DNA from: an uncultured Gammaproteobacteria bacterium
GTDB taxonomy: Bacteria; Patescibacteriota; Patescibacteriia; Magasanikbacterales; GWA2-37-8
Assembly (NCBI GenBank): GCA_964536725.1
Contig: CAZHYJ010000001.1
Coordinates: forward strand, 53,018-117,017
Direction of reading: 5' to 3'
Length of the DNA: 64,000 nucleotides
Shown: in pieces, positions 17,126 through 26,063 of the stretch
Numbering within the stretch: the first letter of the stretch is position 1
Layout of the letters: the number at the start of each line of letters is the position of its first letter
Made by a program: the position numbers and the translations under genes
The notes under the pieces: model-generated
Databases searched by the model: none
The model's input: only the letters and a program-made list of their open reading frames with translations
What the model was told of the DNA's origin: nothing

Positions 17126-17377
17126 ATGGGTGAATTTGCAGATGTAAAAAGAAAGAAAATTTTAAAGCTGCTGAAAAAGTTAGCTCAAATAAATGGCTTT
17201 ACAATCACTACTGGAGGTAATCATCAATGGGTAATTAGGTATACGAGCTGGCAGAGACCTTTCCCAATCCCATTTAAACAAAATAAGTTAAAAAAATGTT
17301 ATATTGAGGATCTTGCAAAGCTGGTCATTGCAACTGGAACATGCACAGAAGAAGTTTTTAAGGAATGGATAGGGTAA
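17126..17377 (+). CDS. hicA: HicA-like mRNA-interferase toxin
   Basis: ..KKILKLLKKLAQINGFTITTGGNHQWVIRYTSWQRPFPIPFKQNKL..DLAKL.. matches the HicA/YcfA pattern. The start is 4 nt after the hicB stop. Confidence 0.55.
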   Translation: MGEFADVKRKKILKLLKKLAQINGFTITTGGNHQWVIRYTSWQRPFPIPFKQNKLKKCYIEDLAKLVIATGTCTEEVFKEWIG

Positions 17378-17437
17378 AATAAAAATAAAATACACCTATT
17401 TTGTGAGTGTATTTTTTAATTTTGTATAAAAAATATA

Positions 17438-17590
17438 GTTCTAACATCCTCTACTAAGGAGCTCACTTTTCGTAAAACACCAAAACTCTGCTAAGTCTGG
17501 CAGAGTTTTTGGTTCTGATATTTGGCATAAGGTACATATATTTACTACCCCTTTGGAGAAAAAATGGCAAGAGTAGAACCGATTGAAAAA
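17438..17590 (+). repeat. Cassette-boundary repeat, copy 1 (long form): GTTCTAACATCCTCT..AAGGAGCTCA box, then hairpin AAAACTCTGC/GCAGAGTTTT with a T-run
   Basis: Near-identical over about 135 nt to the copy at 19598. It contains a tiny SD-ATG ORF (MARVEPIEK..). Confidence 0.6.
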
Positions 17591-17619
17591 GGATTATTTT
17601 TTTGGTATAGTTAATCATA

Positions 17620-18480
17620 ATGACTACTATTTTGAACCCCTGTTATTTTAACCTTTTTATGTATAGCATTCTTTTTCCGTTAATTTTGGTCTTTGTTATT
17701 TATTTTTTGGTAAAAGAATACAAAAGATACAGGTGGCCAAAGGTTTTTTCAAGAAAAATTACAAAAGAGCTGGGGAAACAGTTTGATAAATTGTGGAAAG
17801 CCAAAGATGACGGCCTCCTGGATTTGAAAATTTTTGATTCAGCCAAAAGAGTGTTTGAAAAATATTCTATTTACTTTTCTTCTTCTTTGGAATGGACACC
17901 ACTTCTTAAGAATGACGAAGGCCCAATCGACCCCGACCAGGCTGTGATTTTACGAAAGGAAATGGATAATTATTGGGTCATGGAAAAAAGTGTTATTTGC
18001 GATAATCATGTTTATAAATTTGAAGAAAAGCCCGATGGCGTTTTTATGCTTTTTAGGGATGGAGAATTAATAGGTGAAGTTAAAAGTGGAATTACGGATA
18101 GTAATAAAGTTTGTTTTATAAATCCACCAGACCCTAAATGTTTTTTTAATTCAACGCCATCTTGGGGAGAAGTTTTTGTCTGGAAAGATAACTATATTAT
18201 TAAAAGCTATACAGAGAATAGTGCCACCTTTAAAATCAATAATGACTTTTTAGAACTTCCAAAATCATGGGATGGAAAAATGAAAGCTCATGCTTTTGTT
18301 TTGGATAAAGATGGAGTTGTGGAATCTGCTGTTTTTGAAATCAAAGAAACATTAAATCCCCCGATTCCGCTGGATAATATTTATTGGTGCAAGTATCTTG
18401 GAAATGGAAAATTATCTCCACCAACATTGATTATTTCACAGGCTCATTTGGAAAGCGCGAGTATAAATGAGGTCAATTAA
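17620..18480 (+). CDS. Hypothetical protein with an N-terminal TM segment
   Basis: ORF only. Confidence 0.45.
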   Translation: MTTILNPCYFNLFMYSILFPLILVFVIYFLVKEYKRYRWPKVFSRKITKELGKQFDKLWKAKDDGLLDLKIFDSAKRVFEKYSIYFSSSLEWTPLLKNDEGPIDPDQAVILRKEMDNYWVMEKSVICDNHVYKFEEKPDGVFMLFRDGELIGEVKSGITDSNKVCFINPPDPKCFFNSTPSWGEVFVWKDNYIIKSYTENSATFKINNDFLELPKSWDGKMKAHAFVLDKDGVVESAVFEIKETLNPPIPLDNIYWCKYLGNGKLSPPTLIISQAHLESASINEVN

Positions 18481-18515
18481 ATTTATAGGTAGAAACCAAT
18501 TTATTTTGGTAAACC

Positions 18516-18577
18516 GTTCTAACATCCTCTATCAAGGAGCTCGCCGTAAACTTCGCTTAAACAGCGGGGTTTTTTGT
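18516..18577 (+). repeat. Cassette-boundary repeat, copy 2 (short form): conserved box, then G-U-containing hairpin AAACUUCGC/GCGGGGUUU with a T-run
   Basis: It shares the box and AAACTTCGCTTAAACAGCGGGGTT with the copies at 21124 and 22214. Confidence 0.6.
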
Positions 18578-18612
18578 TATACCCACAAGAAGAGTCGAAC
18601 TAAAACAAAAAA

Positions 18613-18638
18613 CACTCAGTAATTCTGAGAGTTTTTTA
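18613..18638 (+). terminator. Hairpin CTCAG-TAATT-CTGAG followed by AGTTTTTT
   Basis: Seen directly. Confidence 0.4.
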
Positions 18639-18790
18639 TTCCTCAATCACTTCTATAAATAAAAATGATAATCGGAGGGGAGGTCAAGACTTGCGTCACG
18701 ACCCCCGTTGCGAGTGCGTTCGTCAAACCTTGCGGTCTTCAGAACAGCACTGACACAGTTCCCCTCCGAGCGCGCCGGCCGTGTGACCGA

Positions 18791-19336
18791 CTACGCCGGC
18801 TTATCGGCCGACTTCTGCGCGCGCATGACCCGCACGTAGCCGAGCACGTCGGCCCAGCTCGAGACGAAGGCCGGGCCCATCACGTTCTCGTCGTGGACGA
18901 GGCCGTTCTGGGTCCAGAACTCGATCTCGGCGGCGTTGTTGTCGATGACGCCGGGGTCGTGGGGCTCGCGCGGGGCGCTGGGGCCGGGGAAGCTGGTGTA
19001 GAGCTGCCACGACGTGCCGTCGTCCGAGATGCCCGCGATGACCGTGAAGAGGGACGTCGGCTGCTTCTCGATCCCGACGAGGACGTGGCTCGGCACGTCG
19101 CGGCCCTTGCGGAACGCGAAGTACATCTGCCCGTTGTCCACGACGGGGAGGCAGCCGTTGAGGCCGACGATGCGCCCCATGTCGATGGTCGTCAGCAGGA
19201 ACCCCCCGCTCTCGGGCATGGTCACCATGCCGATCGCCTCCTCGAGGAGGGCCATCGCCTCGGGGTGCGCCTCGAGGTGCTTCTGGGTCTGGTCGGACAC
19301 GATGACCTTCTTGCCGCACTTGCTCTGGAATTCCAT
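18791..19336 (-). CDS. Hypothetical protein on a strongly GC-rich (foreign-composition) segment
   Basis: Of three overlapping long ORFs in this segment, only this frame has a balanced amino-acid composition. It also has a GGAGG Shine-Dalgarno 6 nt before the ATG. The segment, about 18.66-19.44 kb, is by eye roughly two-thirds G+C against AT-rich flanks. Confidence 0.55.
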   Translation of the reverse strand: MEFQSKCGKKVIVSDQTQKHLEAHPEAMALLEEAIGMVTMPESGGFLLTTIDMGRIVGLNGCLPVVDNGQMYFAFRKGRDVPSHVLVGIEKQPTSLFTVIAGISDDGTSWQLYTSFPGPSAPREPHDPGVIDNNAAEIEFWTQNGLVHDENVMGPAFVSSWADVLGYVRVMRAQKSADKPA

Positions 19337-19597
19337 CGGAAAACCTCCATTGTGGCCGGATTGGTTGCCGGCACTTGGTTCACTACCCGCCCTAAGAGCG
19401 CGGAATACTTAACGCCAGACTGACGTAAAATACACCGCGTTTTAGTGCAGATGATGTAAGGGAACTGTGTCTTGTAAAGAACAGCGTTCCATTATTAGGA
19501 ACCGAATGGTATAGCATAAAAAGGGATTTTTGTCAAGATTAAGGCTAAAAAATGGCTAATTTAACTGTTTGCACAAACTTCTCTATTTATCAAAGCA

Positions 19598-19731
19598 GTT
19601 CTAACATCATCTACTAAGCAGCTCAGATTTTCAAAAACCTCAAAACTCTGCTAAATCTGGCAGAGTTTTTGGTTCTGATATTTACTACCCCCTTTGGAGA
19701 AAAAATGGCAAGAGTAGAACCGATTGAAAAA
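19598..19731 (+). repeat. Cassette-boundary repeat, copy 3 (long form)
   Basis: Near-identical to copy 1, including the hairpin AAAACTCTGC/GCAGAGTTTT and the tiny ORF MARVEPIEK... Confidence 0.6.
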
Positions 19732-19892
19732 ACTGTAAATATCTGGTAATCTAATATGGTATATTATTTATATGGACAAACAAGAAGAGATTAAAAAAAT
19801 TAGAAAATTAGTTCAGAATAGAATTAAACTAAAAAAAGAACTGGCTAGCTTGCCAGAATTTAAGGAACGATTAAAAAAAGCAAAAGAAAAAT

Positions 19893-21068
19893 ATGAGGCC
19901 AAACAATGAGGGCATATCAATCGGTGCAACAGAACTTTCGCGTGAAAGGGTCCTTGAAATGTCACCAAAAGAATTGGTTGATTATTTTACTCACCTTGAA
20001 GAATCTGGGGGATTAGAAGCATACTTGCAAAGAGCTTCCAAGGATGATGCTTTGGTTGCTATGTTTAGTTATTGGGAAAAGTGGTTGACAAATGATCAGC
20101 GCGCGATGGTTGATGATATTGTAAGACAGAAAAAAGAGTTATATCCTGGAAACAGTGAGTCATTACCACTAGAATTGGAAAAAAGGTTTACTGGAGACGA
20201 ACTTGAAATTATTTTTTCAAATTTATTAGCTATACAACTTACTTTTGGTTGCTCCAAAGGTTGTCCGTTTTGCGGTTTTGATGCGGTTCCTGGCGTAAGA
20301 GAACACATACCTTATTCTCAATTGGCTAATATGTTTCAGAGGTTTGGTAAAGAGATTGGGGAAAGTAAGCCGTTGTTGTATTATGCTTCAGAACCAACCG
20401 ATTACCTCGACGAAGATAATACATACATGGATGTGCATCAGTTGGCAGTAGAGTATGCTAAGTATAAGCCACATGTAACGAGTAAAAATACTGATACTGA
20501 GTGGGTTGATTTTTTATCTAAAAAAGTAAATAAACCAAGAATAAGCTTGTTTGGTGTTCCAGAAGAATCAATATTAAATTTGGAAAGCTTGTCTGCAATC
20601 ACAGGTATTGAATTAGGGGGAAGACAAAAAAAACACTTTGAGGGTTTGGGAGTTTCAAGACAAAAGACAGAAGCGCCATTTAGTGTTGGGATAGGCTGTG
20701 GAAGTGGTATCTTAATTACACCACGAGGTTTGTATAATACTTTAACTTTATCAAGGACCAGCGATAGGTTTCCTCAGGGTATAGCAATTCAACCGTTTGA
20801 AAAAGAAGATGATAATTTTGATATAAAAATAGGGTCAGATGTTGTTGAAATAATGAAGAATACTTTAATAGGCAAGTTGCGTGCCATTACTGGTTTTTTC
20901 TTCGTAAGACAGCATGGTGTAAAAGTGTATGTAAAAGTTAATGACGCTGGTAAAGTTGTTGATTTTTACAAACAAAACGAACCTTGGAACCGGGCTGATC
21001 ACCAGCCATTTTTTGTGGAACTTGTTGATAGGCTCTTAGCGTCTGAGAAAGTAGCTGGTGTAAAATAA
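19893..21068 (+). CDS. Hypothetical protein with a CxxxCxxC motif (..TFGCSKGCPFCGFD..), possible radical SAM-like enzyme
   Basis: Only the CxxxCxxC motif was noted; the remaining radical-SAM signature was not checked. Confidence 0.4.
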   Translation: MRPNNEGISIGATELSRERVLEMSPKELVDYFTHLEESGGLEAYLQRASKDDALVAMFSYWEKWLTNDQRAMVDDIVRQKKELYPGNSESLPLELEKRFTGDELEIIFSNLLAIQLTFGCSKGCPFCGFDAVPGVREHIPYSQLANMFQRFGKEIGESKPLLYYASEPTDYLDEDNTYMDVHQLAVEYAKYKPHVTSKNTDTEWVDFLSKKVNKPRISLFGVPEESILNLESLSAITGIELGGRQKKHFEGLGVSRQKTEAPFSVGIGCGSGILITPRGLYNTLTLSRTSDRFPQGIAIQPFEKEDDNFDIKIGSDVVEIMKNTLIGKLRAITGFFFVRQHGVKVYVKVNDAGKVVDFYKQNEPWNRADHQPFFVELVDRLLASEKVAGVK

Positions 21069-21123
21069 ATAAATTTATTTTTATAAAAAATAGACAGATA
21101 ACAAATTAATTTATAATTAAATT

Positions 21124-21189
21124 GGTTCTAATATCCTCTGCCAAGGAGCTCAGATAAAAACTTCGCTTAAACAGTGGAGTTTTTTCTTA
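21124..21189 (+). repeat. Cassette-boundary repeat, copy 4 (short form)
   Basis: GGTTCTAATATCCTCTGCCAAGGAGCTCAGATAAAAACTTCGCTTAAACAGTGGAGTTTTTT. Confidence 0.6.
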
Positions 21190-21327
21190 ATATGGTATTA
21201 GAGAAGAGTCATATTTTATTGCTTTAAACCGTGAAAAAAGTAGTTTTTCTATATATTTTCACGGTTATATTGACAAAATAGTGAAAATATGCTATAATTG
21301 TATTAGATTCTACATTTAAGTTAGTAT

Positions 21328-22200
21328 ATGGCTAAAATATCTAATGTTTTCAATAAAATAAACGACTTACGTAAACGTTATTATTTAGCGGCTGTTGGCA
21401 GACAATCACTTTTGAAATTAATTAGCGAAACTGAAGTAGCTGAACAAGTTTACAATTCTAATGCTATAGAAAACAGCACTTTGTCCCTTGAAGAAACAGA
21501 AAAAATTCTACTGCAAATAGATCTGGACAGATATATTTCTGAGCGAGAAATTTTTGAAGCTAAAAATTTAGCACGTGTGGTCTCATATATAGATACCAAA
21601 GCTAAAGAAAAAGAACTCGATTTGGATGTTATTTTGATGTTACACAAAATGTTAATTAGTAATATTAGAGAAGACGTAGCGGGACGTTTTAGAAAAGAAA
21701 ATGAGTGGGTGCGAGTTGGTAATCATATAGCAGTTGATCCTAAAGAAATAATTGGTCGCTTAGAAAAAATGCTAGCTGAGTACAATGCCGAGAGCCAAGA
21801 AAATGTTATAAAAAGAATAGCACGTTTGCATTTAGCTTTTGAATACGTTCATCCTTTTGTCGATGGTAATGGTCGAATTGGTAGAGTGTTAAATAATTAT
21901 TTATTGATCAGAGAAGGGTTTGTGCCGATAAATATTAAATTTATTGATAGAAAAATGTATTATGAAGCATTCAAAGAGTTTGACACCAATGAAGCGACGG
22001 GTGTAATGGAGGAGATCGTCGGCCGTGCTTTGACCAATAGTTATCATAAGAGGTTGGCATATTTAGAGAGTAAAAATATTATTACCCTTAAAGAGTACGC
22101 ACAAAAAAATAAAATATCACATTCAAACGCTATCAACAAGGCTACTCGTCAAACTATTGAAGCTTTTTTGGAAAAGGGAATTTGGAAAATTGGAGAATAA
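21328..22200 (+). CDS. Fic/Doc-family protein (putative AMPylase)
   Basis: The canonical Fic motif HPFVDGNGRIGR is present. Confidence 0.8.
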   Translation: MAKISNVFNKINDLRKRYYLAAVGRQSLLKLISETEVAEQVYNSNAIENSTLSLEETEKILLQIDLDRYISEREIFEAKNLARVVSYIDTKAKEKELDLDVILMLHKMLISNIREDVAGRFRKENEWVRVGNHIAVDPKEIIGRLEKMLAEYNAESQENVIKRIARLHLAFEYVHPFVDGNGRIGRVLNNYLLIREGFVPINIKFIDRKMYYEAFKEFDTNEATGVMEEIVGRALTNSYHKRLAYLESKNIITLKEYAQKNKISHSNAINKATRQTIEAFLEKGIWKIGE

Positions 22201-22213
22201 TTTGTTGTAAGCA

Positions 22214-22278
22214 GGTTCTAACATCCTCCACCAAGCAGCTCACCGTAAAACTTCGCTTAAACAGCGGGGTTCTTTGTT
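22214..22278 (+). repeat. Cassette-boundary repeat, copy 5 (short form)
   Basis: GGTTCTAACATCCTCCACCAAGCAGCTCACCGTAAAACTTCGCTTAAACAGCGGGGTTCTTTG. Confidence 0.6.
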
Positions 22279-22333
22279 TGCTTAAAGATTTTTAATACTG
22301 TATACTTAAAACAGTATTTTTGTTTTAATTATT

Positions 22334-22687
22334 TTGATAATATTACTTAATTGTATGTCAGAGAACAATATTGTTCATAACATTGACTTGGACAAGCCCG
22401 TAACACCAGCTATGGCGCGTGATGCAATGGTGGAGTGTTTTTATGAAGCACATTGTACGGACACAGGTTTAGACGAAGGTGATCCTAATGTTAATAGAGA
22501 ATATATTTTGGATGTTATCAAAAAAGCTACTACTGATATTGGTGAAGATTTTGAAAACCCTACCAAAAAATCACTTTTAAAGACAGTGGAAAAATTAAAA
22601 GAGTTTGCTAAAAAATTTCGAGATCAATCTGTAATTCAGAAGCATGCCGCTGAGATGGTTAAAATAATAGAAAAAATAAAAGAGTAA
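22334..22687 (+). CDS. Hypothetical acidic protein
   Basis: ORF only. Confidence 0.4.
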   Translation: MIILLNCMSENNIVHNIDLDKPVTPAMARDAMVECFYEAHCTDTGLDEGDPNVNREYILDVIKKATTDIGEDFENPTKKSLLKTVEKLKEFAKKFRDQSVIQKHAAEMVKIIEKIKE

Positions 22688-22692
22688 CTAGG

Positions 22693-24441
22693 TTATTTAA
22701 AAAGCGATATAATAAAACAGTTTTTGGTAACGTGGGTTGACAAAGTATGAAATGCGAGTATAATAGGGGATAGATTACATCGCGGGGTAGAGCAACCAGG
22801 CAGCTCGCAAGGCCCATAACCTTGAGGTTCCCGGTTCAAATCCGGGCCCCGCAACAATGTTGGACTCTGGTCATATAAAGTGGCCAGAGTCCTTTTTGTT
22901 AAAGGGTCTTCCGGAGGTTCGAAGTTTTTTTTAATCTCTTTTACTTCTTTGGACGCCTCTTCTAAAAGCACGAGCGGTTTTTGCGCTTGGAAAAGCACTT
23001 TTCCGTCTTTAAGTAATAGGTTCGAACCGAGACCCGACAGAATACTGCGTTTTGTAAATATATTATTTTCTTGGAACTTTTCTCTGGCAATTTGGGCGAA
23101 TGAGAAAATCTTTCCCGCCCTTTCTTTAGACTTATCCTCTTGGTTATTTTTACCAGATAATATATATTCCAAATTTTCTTTCTCTTTATTAATTTCAGCC
23201 TTTTTTTCTTTGGCTACCGTTTCAGATATCTCGCCGTTAATACGCATGTCCACTATAGTATCTAGTTTTTTGAGACAAGATGCTAGGGATTTTTCTAAGT
23301 TGGATACTATAATATTTTGATCGTTTTCTTTTTGTTGAGTTTCGTTTTTTAATTTTTCCAAAGCCCAAACACAGAAATCATTCGGTATCTCTATTCTATT
23401 CAGGATGTCCGTAATTTGCTCCTCGATTTCTTTTTCTTGGACATACCTCTGTGAGCAGTTGGGATTCTTTTGTTTGGTACAATGATAATATGTATATACA
23501 TGGGTGTTACCATTTTTTTGTTTCTTAACTCTTAATTCAGCGGTTATCATTGCTCCACATTCGCCACAACGTAATGGCCCCCGAAAAGCGAAATCGAATT
23601 TTTTCGGTCGCGGTTTATTTCGACCAGATATAATATCTTGTATTTGATCAAATTCTTCTTTGGTTATCATCGCGGGATGCTTTCCGTCATACCAGTTTCC
23701 ACTACCTTGGGGGTATTCATATCTACCATAATAGAACGGCAGAGTGAACATGCGGTAAAAAGTACTACGACCGATCGGTTTTCCGTTATCCATACGGAAT
23801 CCCCACTTATGAGTTATTACACGCCATAATTCTTGGACAGTGTACTGTCCAGTTAACATCTCTCGGAACGCTCTTTGGATGATGGGGAAGCGCTCTTTAT
23901 CTATCAAGATACACCTTGATCCGCCGGTGAGATTTGGAGTGTTTAAGTACCCTGTGGGGGCGTGTGAGGGATATATACCCATTTCTGCTTTAGTACGTAA
24001 TCCTCTGGCCGTATTGTGGCGTAGGTCGATAATGTATTGGTTAGCCATGCCTAACTCTACAAACATCATTAGGACGTTGTCGGTGGGGTAATAATCGCGA
24101 TCATAAGCCCGTATGTGTTGGATAATACCTTGTTGGAGCATCCAGTTGATAATACCGCCGTCAACAGGGTTTCTGGCCAAACGATCTAGTTTCCAACAGA
24201 CGATGCCGTTGGCCTCACCTTTTTTTATTCGTTCCACCATTTCATTAAACTCAGGGCGTGCACCAGGTTCTTTGGCCGAGTGGGCTTCGGTGAATGTCTT
24301 AACGACTTTAAGGCCGTCACGTCCAACGAGTTTTTTCATTTCACTAATTTGGGAATCGATAGAGAGGGCTTGTCGTTCTTCGCCCTCACTACTTTTTCTG
24401 CAGTAGAGAAAATATCTTAGTGGTTTTTTGTTGCTTCGCAT
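22693..24441 (-). CDS. Large serine recombinase, paralog of the one at 7895-9483
   Basis: ..YCRKSSEGEERQALSIDSQ.., ..IVCWKLDRLARNPVDGG.., and a Cys cluster (..CGECGAM...HCTKQKNPNC..). The ORF is open from 24483; the likely start is MRSNKKP at 24441. The C-terminal roughly 55 codons read through the tRNA-fMet antisense. Confidence 0.8.
   Translation of the reverse strand: MRSNKKPLRYFLYCRKSSEGEERQALSIDSQISEMKKLVGRDGLKVVKTFTEAHSAKEPGARPEFNEMVERIKKGEANGIVCWKLDRLARNPVDGGIINWMLQQGIIQHIRAYDRDYYPTDNVLMMFVELGMANQYIIDLRHNTARGLRTKAEMGIYPSHAPTGYLNTPNLTGGSRCILIDKERFPIIQRAFREMLTGQYTVQELWRVITHKWGFRMDNGKPIGRSTFYRMFTLPFYYGRYEYPQGSGNWYDGKHPAMITKEEFDQIQDIISGRNKPRPKKFDFAFRGPLRCGECGAMITAELRVKKQKNGNTHVYTYYHCTKQKNPNCSQRYVQEKEIEEQITDILNRIEIPNDFCVWALEKLKNETQQKENDQNIIVSNLEKSLASCLKKLDTIVDMRINGEISETVAKEKKAEINKEKENLEYILSGKNNQEDKSKERAGKIFSFAQIAREKFQENNIFTKRSILSGLGSNLLLKDGKVLFQAQKPLVLLEEASKEVKEIKKNFEPPEDPLTKRTLATLYDQSPTLLRGPDLNREPQGYGPCELPGCSTPRCNLSPIILAFHTLSTHVTKNCFIISLFK
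22781..22854 (+). tRNA. Initiator tRNA-fMet (anticodon CAT)
   Basis: Near-identical to E. coli tRNA-fMet: CGCGGGG acceptor with a C1-A72 mismatch; anticodon loop CCCATAA; T-arm CCCGG-TTCAAAT-CCGGG. It lies entirely antisense inside the 3' end of the recombinase-2 ORF. Confidence 0.8.
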
Positions 24442-24512
24442 ATAAGAATAATTAAAAATTCCATTAAACCACGGTAATAACATGCCTTACAATATGGCGT
24501 CAATAATTATAA

Positions 24513-26060
24513 TTAAAATTGAATATCCTCCGCATTAAGAGAAGCTTCGTCTCCAGCGTCTCCGCCGTCGGTATTTCTAATCAGCTTTATATGTATAATC
24601 CGCTCTCTTTTTTCTTTGATTCTCCATATTTTAATACCCGCATCCTCGAGATTGTTTTTGAGGATATTTAATGACTTGCTTAATTTTGCCGCGGACTTAG
24701 GCCAAGCTTTTTCATGGTTCGTATCAGTTTTTAATTCCGCAGCCTTCTCGTTAAGGCAGTTCAACAAACTTGACGCCGTACCGATCCATTCGTTTGTGTC
24801 TTCTATAAAACGCACTAGTATGTTAGCTAACAAACTACCGTCAATAACTTCTTCATTTTGGCTTTTTTGGTTATTCGCATAAGCTGTCATAAAAGCTCCC
24901 TGTTCATATCCCAAGGCCTCGGCGATTGCGCAACCCCAACTGGCGAAGTCTGCCATTCTAGGCATTTTTGGTAATCTAATAGTTGGTTTAATCAGCAATG
25001 CTTTGGAGATCGTGTCAAAAACTCCACCCAGTATGGAGGGTTTTAACTCGGTAAGTTCGGTATATAATTCTTGTTCTGATCTTCGCCCTGCTCCATCATC
25101 AGAAATTCTGTCTAATTCGACAATGATGCTACGTTCCATGAGATCGGGTTTCCCAATAACCAAATTGATTCCATTGATCATGACGCATCGCTTGATTTTG
25201 AATATAAAATCATCATCATTAGTAAACAGTGACCGTTTTGCAAATCCCGCTCCAGTTATAGCCCGACACAGTGTGTCTGACGAGCTTTCAGATAAGTAGC
25301 TAACATTATCAAAACAGAGCAACCAGCTGTGAGCTAACATTTGTACAAGCTCTACTTCTTTATTTGGAAAACTAATTGCGTCTAATTGAGAAGGATCAAT
25401 TAAATCTTTTAATATCTTACACAAAGTAGATTTAGAAGATCCTTGCGGACCATGTATACACAGAATGGGGTGGGGGAAGTCAGGGATGAAACATGATACC
25501 ACCCAGACCAACAAGAGTAGCTGCTTTTCTGGATCAGAAACATTTATAAATTTAAGCAATTCTTTTATATCTCCTTTTTTAATTGGGATTGTTTGTTGTT
25601 TTTGGTGGTTAAAATTTCGGAACATGATTGGTGGTTGTTCAACAATCTGCCACCCATTTCTATCGGTTTTAATAGCAGATCCGTTGCCTATGTCATACCA
25701 CAGGTTATTGTCACCCCATGCAATTCGAATATTAAGGGGGATAGTACCGTTATCAGAGCAGGCCCGAGCTTCTAGGATTGAGATGATATTCGATCTGACT
25801 TCACCTCTAGGAGCCTTGTGCATTTTGTCCCAAATTAATTTAGACATCCAACGATTAAATCGTGTGCTTCCAATCCGCATAGTTTGGGAACCACTTCCCT
25901 GGGGGATGTTAGCGTAAGGTTCTCCCAATTCGTCGTGAAAAAGTTCTACACCACAATTTTCAATCAGTTTTAAAATCTTCGAGACCTCTTGATTGTTTTC
26001 TGGAAATTGTTGTTTTTCCTCAACCTCAATTAATTTTTTTTCTAGAATATCGTTTTCCAT
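24513..26060 (-). CDS. P4-family phage/plasmid primase-helicase-like protein (SF3 / VirE-like P-loop NTPase)
   Basis: Walker A ..ILCIHGPQGSSKSTLCKIL.. and a Walker B-like ..LLCFDNV... The size and layout fit the primase C-terminal/D5 family. Confidence 0.6.
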   Translation of the reverse strand: MENDILEKKLIEVEEKQQFPENNQEVSKILKLIENCGVELFHDELGEPYANIPQGSGSQTMRIGSTRFNRWMSKLIWDKMHKAPRGEVRSNIISILEARACSDNGTIPLNIRIAWGDNNLWYDIGNGSAIKTDRNGWQIVEQPPIMFRNFNHQKQQTIPIKKGDIKELLKFINVSDPEKQLLLLVWVVSCFIPDFPHPILCIHGPQGSSKSTLCKILKDLIDPSQLDAISFPNKEVELVQMLAHSWLLCFDNVSYLSESSSDTLCRAITGAGFAKRSLFTNDDDFIFKIKRCVMINGINLVIGKPDLMERSIIVELDRISDDGAGRRSEQELYTELTELKPSILGGVFDTISKALLIKPTIRLPKMPRMADFASWGCAIAEALGYEQGAFMTAYANNQKSQNEEVIDGSLLANILVRFIEDTNEWIGTASSLLNCLNEKAAELKTDTNHEKAWPKSAAKLSKSLNILKNNLEDAGIKIWRIKEKRERIIHIKLIRNTDGGDAGDEASLNAEDIQF

Positions 26061-26063
26061 ATA

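Noticed and set aside
18665-19423. Plus-strand 252-aa ORF, and a 172-aa minus-strand ORF at 18801-19319, in the GC-rich segment.
   Set aside because: Both are Arg/Pro/Ala/Gly-dominated. This is typical of spurious frames in high-GC DNA. The other minus-strand frame has a normal composition and an SD.
17438-22278. Five regularly recurring intergenic repeats. I considered a CRISPR array, and then integron attC sites.
   Set aside because: Spacing is 1-1.5 kb with a full gene between copies, and the repeats are 60-150 nt with internal terminator hairpins, so this is not CRISPR. For attC, the 5' end resembles an R'' box (TTCTAAC) and copies 2 and 5 contain GCTTAAAC. However, no conserved GTTRRRY R' box closes the elements and no integron integrase is present. 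The repeats are kept as a cassette-boundary family of unknown mechanism.
22880-24406. Several 60-150-aa plus-strand ORFs (22880-23320, 23638-23829, 23840-24091, 24113-24406) opposite the recombinase gene, and similar ORFs opposite the primase gene (24616-25917).
   Set aside because: They are antisense to well-supported long genes and have low-complexity Ser/Leu/Phe-rich products.
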